A stretch of 63,200 bases of DNA, the filler included, from Octopus bimaculoides (taxonomy: Eukaryota): assembly GCF_001194135.2 (NCBI RefSeq). It is 5 parts of 5 records of this genome, joined end to end, with 100 filler letters (N's around TTAATTAATTAA, not from the genome) between each part and the next. Parts side by side here need not be neighbours in the genome. Positions count along the whole stretch, not along the records: positions 47,790 to 54,141 come from NW_026348647.1; positions 54,242 to 61,397 come from NC_068997.1; positions 61,498 to 63,200 come from NW_026320496.1; 2 more parts are not named here. The stretch is one strand, 5' to 3'. Of the stretch, positions 49,519-62,209 are shown in pieces; position 1 is the stretch's first letter; every line of letters begins with the position of its first letter. Position numbers and translations under genes: made by a program. A model generated the notes under the pieces. It worked only from the letters and a program-made list of their open reading frames with translations. It was not told the DNA's origin and searched no databases.

Positions 49519-50589
49519 CATATGTATATATATATNNNNNNNNNNNNNNNNNNNNNNNNNNNNNNNNNNNNNNNNNNNNNNNNNNNNNNNNNNNNNNNNN
49601 NNNNNNNNNNNNNNNNNNNNNNNNNNNNNNNNNNNNNNNNNNNNNNNNNNNNNNNNNNNNNNNNNNNNNNNNNNNNNNNNNNNNNNNNNNNNNNNNNNNN
49701 NNNNNNNNNNNNNNNNNNNNNNNNNNNNNNNNNNNNNNNNNNNNNNNNNNNNNNNNNNNNNNNNNNNNNNNNNNNNNNNNNNNNNNNNNNNNNNNNNNNN
49801 NNNNNNNNNNNNNNNNNNNNNNNNNNNNNNNNNNNNNNNNNNNNNNNNNNNNNNNNNNNNNNNNNNNNNNNNNNNNNNNNNNNNNNNNNNNNNNNNNNNN
49901 NNNNNNNNNNNNNNNNNNNNNNNNNNNNNNNNNNNNNNNNNNNNNNNNNNNNNNNNNNNNNNNNNNNNNNNNNNNNNNNNNNNNNNNNNNNNNNNNNNNN
50001 NNNNNNNNNNNNNNNNNNNNNNNNNNNNNNNNNNNNNNNNNNNNNNNNNNNNNNNNNNNNNNNNNNNNNNNNNNNNNNNNNNNNNNNNNNNNNNNNNNNN
50101 NNNNNNNNNNNNNNNNNNNNNNNNNNNNNNNNNNNNNNNNNNNNNNNNNNNNNNNNNNNNNNNNNNNNNNNNNNNNNNNNNNNNNNNNNNNNNNNNNNNN
50201 NNNNNNNNNNNNNNNNNNNNNNNNNNNNNNNNNNNNNNNNNNNNNNNNNNNNNNNNNNNNNNNNNNNNNNNNNNNNNNNNNNNNNNNNNNNNNNNNNNNN
50301 NNNNNNNNNNNNNNNNNNNNNNNNNNNNNNNNNNNNNNNNNNNNNNNNNNNNNNNNNNNNNNNNNNNNNNNNNNNNNNNNNNNNNNNNNNNNNNNNNNNN
50401 NNCCACACCGCCATCTCTTCAGTTATCTGGCCATTGAAAATTCCTATGAAAATGACCGTTAAACAAAGAGAAATTACTGTGTAGTTGACTGTTATTAAGA
50501 CAAAAGAGCTATTAGAATGACCGCTAAGTAAGGGGAGGGAGAAAAGGTAAGGGAACAAAAAAGTCCAGGGAGAGGAAAATTCTTATGTG

Positions 50590-52679
50590 ACGGCAAACAA
50601 AAATTTCAAATCACCTAAACTAACAAATTGAAAGCAGTGAAAAATCCCGCCTGAAAATACATCTGCTGGAGATTGAAAACAATTTGCAACTCTCCCATGA
50701 AAAAGTAAGAGCAGACTAAGAAGCCTGGACTATAGACAATACAGAATCTAACCCTAGAGCTTTCTACAAGTTTGCCAAAGAAACAGCCTCAGTGTGCTGC
50801 AGGATAGGGCCACTCCTCGAAAAAGATGGCACACTCACAGGAAACCCAATGAGGATAAGTGAAATACTAAATGAATAATTCAAAAATATTTTCACTCCAC
50901 CCCTAGGACACTTGCAAGTCAGCAATCCAGCTAACTATTTTACCGTTGCAGATTTAAAAACAAAGGCAGTGATGATTTATTACCTCACTATAAAAGAAGA
51001 CGATGTAATAAGGGCTATAGATGAAATGAACCCAAACTCAGCTATTAGCCCTGTTGGATTCTCAGCAATCTTTCTAAAATCATGTAAATGAGTCCTAGCA
51101 AGACCACTGCAGTCCCTCTTTCAGAGCTTCCTTGCAACTGGCAAACTTCCAAGCAAGCTTAAGGAGGGTAAAATATGCCCTAATCATACAGGAAGTAGCA
51201 GAGCAGAGGCCCAAAACAACAGACCTATCTCTCCAACCTTGCGCATCAGCAAAGTCATGAAACGAATAGTCAGAAGAAAACTAATTGCCTTCCTTGAAGA
51301 AAATGACTTGCTACCTGACACCCAACATGGTTTCCGACCAGGAAGAAGCTGCTTGAATCAGCTCTTACAACACTATGACTGGGTGTTGGAACAGATGCTC
51401 AACCACTCAAATGTGAAAGTGATATATCACGACTTTGCAAAGGCCTTTGATAAAGTCGATCATGGAATGATATGTCACAAACTGCATGATCTTGGCATAG
51501 TTGGAAAATTGGGAGAATGGCNNNNNNNNNNATATGTCACAAACTGCATGATCTTGGCATAGTTGGAAAATTGGGAGAATGGCTTCATGACTTTCTGAAA
51601 GATAGAAGTCAGGTGGTAGTAGCCAATGGGGCCACCACCAATGATACGCAAATAGTGAGCGGTGTTTCACAAGGCACTGTTTTGGAACCACTACTGTTCG
51701 TAATGGCCCTCTCAGATATGCTCTCAGCCACACAGAGAGCCACGATCATAAGTTATCCAGGTGATACAAAAGGCACACAGGTGATACAGACCCCTGAAGA
51801 CACTATGCACCTGCAATGTGAGCTGGATGAAATATACAAGTGGACTGATAAGAATAGCATGCAGTTTAATGCCGATAAGTTTCAAGCCTTGTGCTATCAG
51901 CATGCAAAACTAAAGGCAATACCTATTAAATACACTGGTTCTGGAGGGGTTGCAATCCCAGAGACAGTCAGTGTGAGACTTGGGCATTTACATGAGTAAT
52001 GATGCATCCTTCCATGTGCATGTTGCTAAGTTTGCAATGAAATGCAGGTGGCTGACAGGACTTTTAGAATAAGAGATCAGGAAACCACGATGGTCCTCTG
52101 GATGACACTTGTCTTAAGCCACTTTAACTATTGCCCTTTGCTATGGTTACCAACCAGTGTCAAATTAATTGCAGAACTTGAGGCAATCCAACGAATCTAC
52201 ACGAAGAAGATAGCCTCTATACAGCATATAAGTTACTGGGAAAGACTCAAGAGATTAAGACTTTATTCCTTAGAGCACAGGCGAGAAAGATATGCCATAA
52301 TATACATCTGGAAGAACCTGGAGGGACCTGTCCCAAACTTTGGCATTGAGAGTTACACAACTACTAGAACAGGGCGCCACTGCAGAGTGCCAAAGACTCC
52401 AAATTTGCCATCAAGATATAGGACAAGACACTGCAACAGCCTGGTTTTCAGGGGACCACAGCTCTTCAATATCCTCCCGAAGGACGTGAGTGTCCCAAAT
52501 GAACCAACTTCACAGCCAGAGGTGCAGATGAGGGCAGCGACATCAGACTCCTACAAGAACCAAATATGAATTTCTAAAAACAATTAGTGAAGTAAAATTA
52601 TGTAGCAACACCAAATGGTGGTGCCCCAGCATAGCCACAGCTCAGGAGCTGAAACTAGATTAAATCAAATCAAATCACA
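50590..52679 (+). mobile_element. CR1-type LINE, about 2.1-kb 3' part with a decayed reverse transcriptase
   Basis: QHGFRPGRSC, DFAKAFDKVDH, SGVSQGTVLEPLLF, YPGDTK (decayed YADD), LRLYSLEHRR. The tail is (AAATC)n. Confidence 0.95.
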
Positions 52680-52690
52680 TATATATATAT

Positions 52691-54111
52691 AGGTCTTCGC
52701 AAGCTGAGTTTAGTGTCCAATGAAGGAGATGACGTTGGCATGGGTGGCAGTCATCGAATTTAGTTTGATTTCGATTTCACTTGCCTCAACAGGTCTTTGC
52801 AAACAGAGTTTAGTCTCCAATGAAGGAAAGGTATGCATAAGTGGGCTGGCTACACCCCTGGCAGAGGCCTTGGATTTAAGTTTCACTTGGCTTGCCAGGT
52901 TTTCTCACGCACAACATATTTCCAAAGGTCTCGGTCAGAAGTCATCACCTCGATGAGGCCCAATGTTCGAAGGTCGTGCCTTACCACCTCATCCCAGGTC
53001 TTCCTGGGCCTACCTCTTCCACAGGTTCCCTCAACTGCTAGGGTGTGGCACTTTTTCACACAGCTATCCTCACCCATTCTCGCCACATGACCATACCAGC
53101 GCAATCATCTCTCTTGCACACTACAACTGATGCTTCTTAGGTTCAACTTTTCTCTCAAGGTACTTACACTCAGTCGAGTATGCACACTGACATTACTCAT
53201 CCATCGGAGCATACTGGCTTGATTCCTTGCGAGCCTACTCATGTCTTCAGCAGTCACGGGCCATGTTTTACTGCCATGAGGCATGGCTGTTCGTACACAT
53301 GCGTCATACAGTCTGCCTTTTACTCTGAGAGAGAGACCCTTTGTCACCAGCAGAGGTAAGAGCTCTCTGAACTTTGCTCAGGCTATTCTTATTCTAGCAG
53401 CTACACTTTCAGCCCAACTTCCCCCACTACTAACTTGGTCACCTAGATAGCAGAAGCTATCAACTACATATAGTTTTTCTCCCTGGAATGTGGCAGAAGT
53501 TGTTTTCTGTAACAGTTACAGTGTTTATAGCTCCTGAACATTTGCTACATGCAAAAACTAACTTGCTAGTTAACCTGCCTTTGATATTGCTGCACCTCTT
53601 ATGTGTCCATAGTTTGCACTGGAGGCATCTTATAGAGTTTCTACCTATGCCTTTTCTACAGATCGAGCACGGCCATCTACCTGATGGGGTTTGTGTTTTT
53701 TCTACCTTCCTACTTATTAGGACTTTGGTTTTAGCTAGGTTGACTCTAAGGCCCTTCGATTCTAGTCCTTGCTTCCACACCTGAAACTTCTCTAGTTTTG
53801 ATAGTGATTCAGGAATTAGTGCAAGGTCATCAGCATAGAGGAGCTCCCAGGGGCATCCTGTCTTGAATTCCTCTGTTATAGCCTGGAGGACTATGATAAA
53901 TAGGAGGGGGCTGAGAACAGAACCTTGGTGGACCCCTACCTCTACCCGGAATTCTTCACTGTACTCACCTTACTGACAGCGTCTCTGTACATGGCTCGCA
54001 CAGCTCTCACTAACCATTCTTCTATCCCTAGTTTCCTCATTGACCACCAGATGAGGGATCGGGGGACCCTGTCAAATGCTTTCTCCATGTCAACTGACTC
54101 ACTCCCTAAGT
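52691..54111 (-). mobile_element. RTE-type LINE 3' part containing a PHD-like finger; 3' UTR with a 100-bp tandem unit
   Basis: LYADDLALI (reverse complement near 53820), GLRVNLAKTK, CSICRKG..CLQCKLWTHKRC..CSKC, KGRLYDACVR, RWYGHVARM, GRGRPRKTW. Confidence 0.95.
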
Positions 54112-54356
54112 AGTTGGGCTATGACCCTCTCTGTGACTTTCNNNNNNNNNNNNNNNNNNNNNNNNNNNNNNNNNNNNNNNNNNNNTTAATTAATTAANNN
54201 NNNNNNNNNNNNNNNNNNNNNNNNNNNNNNNNNNNNNNNNNTGTGTGTGTGTGTGTGTGTGTCTATATATGTATATATGTGTGTGTATGATTATATAGAT
54301 ATATATATGTACATATATATGTAGATATATATGTAGCTATATATGTATATATGTGT

Positions 54357-54395
<39 letters not shown>

Positions 54396-54399
54396 TTTG

Positions 54400-54615
54400 T
54401 GTGTGTGTGTGTGTGTTTGTGTCTGTGTTTGTATGTCCACCATCGCTTGACAACCGATGCTGCGGTGTGTACTTCCACGTAAACCAACGGTTCGGCAAAA
54501 GACATCGATAGAATAAGTATTAGGCTTACAAAGAATAAACCCTATGGTCTACTTGTTCGACGAAAGGCGGTGCTCCAGCACAGCCGCTGTCACATAACTG
54601 ATACAAGTAAAACAA
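54400..54615 (+). mobile_element. SINE family B 3' half
   Basis: catcgcttgacaaccgatgc...ggcggtgctccagcacagcc. Confidence 0.8.
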
Positions 54616-54632
54616 TAAAAACTATGTCATTT

Positions 54633-54665
54633 TAATCCCGAGCAACGCCGGGTATCTCTGCTAGT
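54633..54665 (+). mobile_element. Helitron 3' terminus
   Basis: GC-rich hairpin CCCGaGC-aac-GCCGGG, then 8 nt, then CTAG followed by T. Confidence 0.7.
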
Positions 54666-55251
54666 CATCTATAATGATATTCAAGCATTCAGTACCTATA
54701 AGTAGAGTATAAAACCTTTCCTGTTTCTCAAAATTAAAAAAAATTACTTCAGTTTCGATGGTTGTCGGATTCGTCGAAATGTAAATTGTGTAATTGTGGT
54801 TATCAATTATACGAGGGATTATTTCTCGTGGATAAATAACAGTGAGTTGCTTAGGTGGTTTAATAGAACTAAGAAAGTAAATTTGAAATGAAAAATATAT
54901 AATATTCTTTTATTGTTTATTGGGTATAGACAGTCAAACAACTAATGTAACGTCTGAATTATGCAGCAAAGCAGATATCCTTTGCTGCCGGGTAGGATGT
55001 GTTTTTTGCCAGTATTCCAATTAATCCAAAGAACGGATTTAATTTAAACGGTAACAGTTCCAAGTCAGTAGGTATTTTACTGCATCAACAAATTTCAGTG
55101 GTAAATATTAAAAGCGGTTGGATTACAAATAGAGAATTCCTGCTTCTCCCATAGTTAGTTATATGCATCTGCATCACGAGTTGGAACGAAAATGGCTATA
55201 TTTGGATGCCCTGCAAAGGAATACAAAAACCATCTTAAAAAAGAGTTTTGA

Positions 55252-55650
55252 TACAAGGTGGGCTGAAAAGTTCACCAGCTTATTATGAAGGAGCGATGCT
55301 AGAGCTGTGAAATCTTGCATGCATTATGTTCATTCCTTTAAATTAATAACTGTATTGTTTCTTTTTCTTTTTTCCTGGTGAATAGCGACTTCTCTCGAAA
55401 ATGGACAAACTTTGGGCATCGTGTTGTTATCAAGTACCTACAGAAAGATGGCTTAGCTCCCAAGGACATTTACATGGTTGTTACATGAGATGATGCTCCA
55501 GCTTTATCACCGGTGTAAAAGTGGGCAGCTGAATTAAGGAAGGAAAGGAAGAATGTTGAAGATGACCAAACGTCTGGATGTCCTACAGCTACCGCCACCA
55601 AGGAAAATATTGATCGTGTTCATCATATGGTAATGAATGGCAGACGCTCG
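55252..55650 (+). mobile_element. Mariner 5' fragment (TIR plus N-terminal HTH)
   Basis: Starts TAcaaggtgggctgaaaagtt. Translates as HRVVIKYLQKDGLAPKDI..KWAAEL..VEDDQTSGCP..TKENIDRVHHMV. Confidence 0.85.
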
Positions 55651-56318
55651 TAAGGTAACAATACTACTTTGTGACGTCCATTAAAGATAAAGGTCATCAC
55701 TTCATTATTTACTCCTAGCAACAGAATAAAGAGAGAAAGTATGTCTGTTTATGCGTCTATGACTCTATGTGTCCGGGTGTATCTCTCTCTCTCTCTCTCT
55801 ACAGGTTTCAGTATATATGCCTATCCATATGTATACATAATATATCTTCTTATGCGAGATACAAGCGTACTATGCATGTATTTTTGTTTCTAACTGCATT
55901 GTGCAAATGTGTGTGTATTTCTGTATGTGCATAAGCATGAGTGAGGTCGCTGATATCTTCTGTATTCTCAAAATAAGCTATACACCTGAGAACTGCAAGA
56001 GACTTTTGAAAAAGTTATTGATTAGAAGAATAAATCATTTGCAGTAATTATGTAAATTAGAGTTTTTGGTAAAAACGCTTTCAAAAAAAATTTTGTTTTT
56101 TAAATTTAAAAGTCAGAATATTCTGCTACGCTGCATATTTGTTTTTGTTTCGTTTCTCTTTCTTTATTTGCATATTTCTATGAAACTCAACTTGAGCCAT
56201 CGTCTGAATTGCTAGGATGCAAAATTTTTTCCAGTGAATCAATATTCTCGGACAAGCTGCAGATTTTCAGAATGTTTTTCAAGGAATTTATCAAAAATTT
56301 GGCAGATTTATAAATATA

Positions 56319-56768
<450 letters not shown>

Positions 56769-57044
56769 AAAGATACCATCCTGCATTGCTTAGGTTTATA
56801 GACAGTTTCAAAGAAAATCACACTCACTCATACACACGCACGACGGTCTTCCTTCAGCTTCCGTCTACCAAATCCACTCTCAAGGCTTTGGTCAACTCGA
56901 GGTTATAATCGAAGACACTTGCTGAAGATGCCACGCAGTAGGACTGAATCTGGAACCATGTGGTTGGGGAGCAAGTTTTTTTACCACAGAGCCATGCCAG
57001 CACAGTTTTGAATCCTTCTTGACAGTAGTACTCTATAATGTAGC

Positions 57045-57335
57045 AACTGTATGGCAGTCTTCCTAACAACACCTTGGTAACCAGAGCAAGAAGAGCACGT
57101 CATGCAGGATTCTGCTGGAGATTCAAGGATGAAATATCCTGCGTTCTCCTTCCCTGAAAACCCACGCATGGACATACAAATATAGGCATATCAAGAGAGA
57201 CGCACATATAGATTTAACTTGAGGAGGACACTGGGTATCAGGTTGAGAATATGAAGACTGCTGTGGACGATCGGGACATCTGGTGTGGAAGGTATGCAAT
57301 TGTCCGGGCAGTCGCCTGACAAAATGATGACGATG
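57045..57335 (+). mobile_element. RTE-type LINE C-terminal fragment with a (GAT)n tail
   Basis: LYGSLP..RARRARHAGFCWR..KPTHG..EDTGYQVENMKTAVDDRDIW. Confidence 0.75.
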
Positions 57336-57951
57336 ATGAAGATGATGGTGGTCGTGGTGGTCGTGGTGGTGATATATGTGTATGTATGCATTATGTATGT
57401 ATGTATGCATGTATTTACATATATGCATGCATGCATGCATGTATGTATGTATGTACGTATGTATGTATGTATGTATGTATGTATGTGTGTTTGTATACAC
57501 GTGTATGGGCATTACTTTTGTTGATAGATGTGATAATGTGATATTTTCATTTAAAATGGCATGCACACTATATAATCTTTAAATAAATTCTATGATTTTT
57601 GTACGTGCGATGCCGTATGTTGTTTGTTGTAACAATTCTATCAGTTATCGAAACGATCGTAACTGATTAATATATGTGATAAAAATACCTTTATTCCTTT
57701 GATCTTTTATTTCATACATACATATATATACTCACGTAGATATACATGCATTCATATATATATACATACATACCGACCCACACCAACCCACCCGCCTCCG
57801 AACACACACATACATACACATGAGTATATAGGTACATACACAGATCATGTTAACATGCATACACGTAGAAGTGTGAGTTTGTATATACGTAGATGTATAT
57901 CTAAGTATAAAACTAAGCATATATACATGAATATAAATTTATATATACACG

Positions 57952-57998
<47 letters not shown>

Positions 57999-58048
57999 GC
58001 ATGCGTATATATACGTACATGCATACATGTGTATGCACACACACATAC

Positions 58049-58079
<31 letters not shown>

Positions 58080-58802
58080 NNNNNNNNNNNNNNNNNNNNN
58101 NNNNNNNNNNNNNNNNNNNNNNNNNNNNNNNNNNNNNNNNNNNNNNNNNNNNNNNNNNNNNNNNNNNNNNNNNNNNNNNNNNNNNNNNNNNNNNNNNNNN
58201 NNNNNNNNNNNNNNNNNNNNNNNNNNNNNNNNNNNNNNNNNNNNNNNNNNNNNNNNNNNNNNNNNNNNNNNNNNNNNNNNNNNNNNNNNNNNNNNNNNNN
58301 NNNNNNNNNNNNNNNNNNNNNNNNNNNNNNNNNNNNNNNNNNNNNNNNNNNNNNNNNNNNNNNNNNNNNNNNNNNNNNNNNNNNNNNNNNNNNNNNNNNN
58401 NNNNNNNNNNNNNNNNNNNNNNNNNNNNNNNNNNNNNNNNNNNNNNNNNNNNNNNNNNNNNNNNNNNNNNNNNNNNNNNNNNNNNNNNNNNNNNNNNNNN
58501 NNNNNNNNNNNNNNNNNNNNNNNNNNNNNNNNNNNNNNNNNNNNNNNNNNNNNNNNNNNNNNNNNNNNNNNNNNNNNNNNNNNNNNNNNNNNNNNNNNNN
58601 NNNNNNNNNNNNNNNNNNNNNNNNNNNNNNNNNNNNNNNNNNNNNNNNNNNNNNNNNNNNNNNNNNNNNNNNNNNNNNNNNNNNNNNNNNNNNNNNNNNN
58701 NNNNNNNNNNNNNNNNNNNNNNNNNNNNNNNNNNNNNNNNNNNNNNNNNNNNNNNNNNNNNNNNNNNNNNNNNNNNNNNNNNNNNNNNNNNNNNNNNNNN
58801 NN

Positions 58803-58846
<44 letters not shown>

Positions 58847-59031
58847 TAGGAACTCATATATACAGGTACACACGCGTATGTATACATAAATATACGCACG
58901 TAGCATAGATAAATATGTGCATATATTCGTACGTAAAATGAGATACAGACGTCTGTGAAAAATTTGACACACGCACACGTGTTAATACATTCGCGTATAC
59001 ACATACTTATATATACACATACACAAACACA

Positions 59032-59123
<92 letters not shown>

Positions 59124-59194
59124 CATGCATACATATACAGATATACGTATATATACATATATATATAGAGAGAGAGAAAGAGAGATTTTCAAAA

Positions 59195-59700
59195 TTCGAT
59201 ACCGCAACCACATCGCTAATTTTCGAAATATCCTTAAATGACATGTAACATCACTGGCCGATTTGTTCAGGCGGCTTAAGGAAGCAAAGACAAGATACGA
59301 CCTTACATGGTCCATACTTAGACACGCGAGCCCCTACAACACTATATCCTGCACATGGCAATTATGCTCCGAGGAATCACTCTCGATAATGTTGACAAAG
59401 GAGCGCATTATAAATAAATTCACTGAACAATTATCCAGATGCCTACACGCAGCTAAACACACATTTACATACTACAATCCAGGCCATACATATCTTGATA
59501 TATACATGGCGCCCACAACTCTAATACAACTTGAGGAAGCATATTTGAATAACCTGTATTTGACATATGATTTTGCAATCTGGATCCATATATGTATATC
59601 TGTATATCTATGCATGTATATATTTTCCTCTTTCTCCGTTCTTCCATTCTCCGAACTTTCCATCTTTCCGACGAATGGCTACGCCCGAAACGTCATACAC
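59195..59700 (+). mobile_element. Penelope-like element 3' end (GIY-YIG C-terminus, 3' UTR, HHR relic)
   Basis: FKIRYRNHIANFR..LTWSILRHASPYN..QLCSEE..INKFTEQLSRCLH. CCGACGA...GAAACGTC lies at 59668-59694. Confidence 0.8.
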
Positions 59701-59790
59701 TCTCTCTCTCTTTTCCTGAGCGTCCAATAATACTATCCATATCACGTCCTCACTTTGTTGTTTTTTTGTTTTTTTGTTATTGTTTTTTTG

Positions 59791-59882
<92 letters not shown>

Positions 59883-60313
59883 GTATATATGTATGTATAT
59901 ATATATATGCATATATATAAATATATGCATATATGTGTATGTGTATATATATATGTGTGTATATGCATGTATGTGTATGTGTATATGCATACATATATGT
60001 ATATGTGTGTGCGTATGTCTATATGCATGTGTGTGTATATATATACTTACGTGTATACGCGAGTGTATTAACACGTGTGCGTGTATCAAACTGTGCACAG
60101 ACGTCTGTATCTCGCTTTACGTACGAATATATGCACTTATTTATCTATGGTATGTGCGTAAATTTATGTATACATACGCCTGTATGCCTGTATATATGAG
60201 TTCCTGTACATATATATATGAATGTATTCGTCCATACGTATGCGTATGCGCCTAGTTGTATGTATATACTCATATACTTGGATGTGCGTGTGTGGGCGCG
60301 TATGTATAAGTGC

Positions 60314-60392
<79 letters not shown>

Positions 60393-61350
60393 ATCTATTC
60401 ACTTGCATACATATCTGTGTGCATAAACATATGCACATGTGTATATATGCATGTGTATATAATATAATATATGTGTGCATAGAAGCATATGTACATTATG
60501 CGTGTATATGTGTACGATTTTTATGTATGTATACATGTGCTTATACGCGAGTATACCTGCCTATCTATTTAAATTGATGTAGTAGTAGTTGTAAACAAAG
60601 CCAGAGGTGTATATTTGTATCTGCCTTAATCTATGTCTGTATGTATGTATGTATGTATGTATGTATGTATGTATGTATGTATGTATGTATGTATGTGTAT
60701 TTGTTGCTAGATTAATATATGAATTTGTAGTGAGTGTATAAATTCTATACATATATGTAAACATTAGTTTGTATATAAGGAGGTGTATTAATCACATCGT
60801 TCTTACAAACCACCTGCTTCCGTTCTTCAGGATGACACCAAATTTCACGCATGAGTAATTTCAACTACCGCTAATGGAATCTAAAGAAAAATTGATTTCT
60901 AAGTATCCAATAATGATCTCTGCGTATCTGAAAATTCAACAATGATATATTACATTCCTTTAATCTGTGCACCCCATCGCCCTTAATCCAAATATGTTCC
61001 CCCACAAAAAAGGCTCTATTAAGTCCCAATAACTAATGATCAATTGGTAAAAATTATATCTTTCCAGCATCTTTTACTTTTCTACAATTCCACAATTTTC
61101 ATTTTAATCAGAATATAAACAAGACACGAGAGGTTATTATGCATATTACTAATATCTGTGACTACTACCATCAACGAAAACTGTAGAGTCACTGTGAACA
61201 TATTTTTACTCCCCAAAGATATGGTTCAGGGTTCAATCCCACAGCGTGACACTTTGGGCGAGTGTCTTCCAGTAGATACTCGGGCCGACCAAAGCCTTGT
61301 CAATGAATTTGATAGGCAGAAACTGAAACAAGACCGTCCTCTATATACAT

Positions 61351-61397
<47 letters not shown>

Positions 61398-61689
61398 NNN
61401 NNNNNNNNNNNNNNNNNNNNNNNNNNNNNNNNNNNNNNNNNTTAATTAATTAANNNNNNNNNNNNNNNNNNNNNNNNNNNNNNNNNNNNNNNNNNNNGAG
61501 AGAGAGAGAGAGAGAGAGAGCAATTAGAAAATGGAGGATAATATGCTGTACCCAATAACTTGCAGACAGTGTATCCCGTTGAATTAATTAACTTAATTTG
61601 TAACTAAAGTGACAAAATACCACAAAGTACAAGTGTTTATAACAAACTATGTTATATTGATAACCGGGTTTACAAATAAAAGTACATAA

Positions 61690-61850
61690 GGAATTTGAGA
61701 ATAAACACAAACTTACAGCTGTTTCGGCCTAGCGTTGGCATGCCCCATTCTATCCGAATAGCTCCTGTCGGAGTAATTAGCAGATGAAATGCTGAAATAG
61801 GGGTACATGCACGATTCCCTAGGCCTCTTCAGAGATTCACAAAAAATTCC
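61690..61850 (-). ncRNA. Type I hammerhead ribozyme with a canonical core and an extended stem II
   Basis: CTGAAGA (61832-61826), stem II GGCCTAG/CTAGGCC enclosing about 86 nt, GAAA (61725-61722), palindromic stem III ACAGCTGT, GUA site ending at 61714. Confidence 0.8.
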
Positions 61851-62209
61851 ATACAAATATACAGTAAGAGATAAAAACAAAAATGAAATAGAAATAAAAA
61901 ATAAAAATAAAAATAAAAATAAGGGTACAGCAAGAATAAAATAAAAAAATAAATAAATGGAAAATGCTAATAACCTTAAAAGTCATTACAGCAAATATTT
62001 GTTTCTTCTCCTAACTCACAATTGTCATCACAATCATCATTATTATCTACACTACCTTGTTTGCTTTTGTTATACTTCTTTACTTTCTTTTTCCATATAA
62101 AATGCGTTAGTATGTTCAGAGCATCACTAAGAACAAGTTGATTAAAGTTGCCTCTATTAGGATACAAGATGTTTGGACTAAATTTGACAATTTTTTAATG
62201 TCTCCTTTT

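Noticed and set aside
51471-51581. About 50-bp direct duplication in the CR1 RT
   Set aside because: The copies flank a 10-N gap, so this is unmerged contig overlap. Other 10-N gaps (10183, 26096, 41620, 42649) are equally suspect.
54745-54790. TCGACGA...GAAAC hammerhead-like string (minus)
   Set aside because: The core is doubly changed and stem II does not pair.
60785-60845. CTGAAGA with some flanking complementarity (minus)
   Set aside because: There is no GAAA and stem II is unconvincing.
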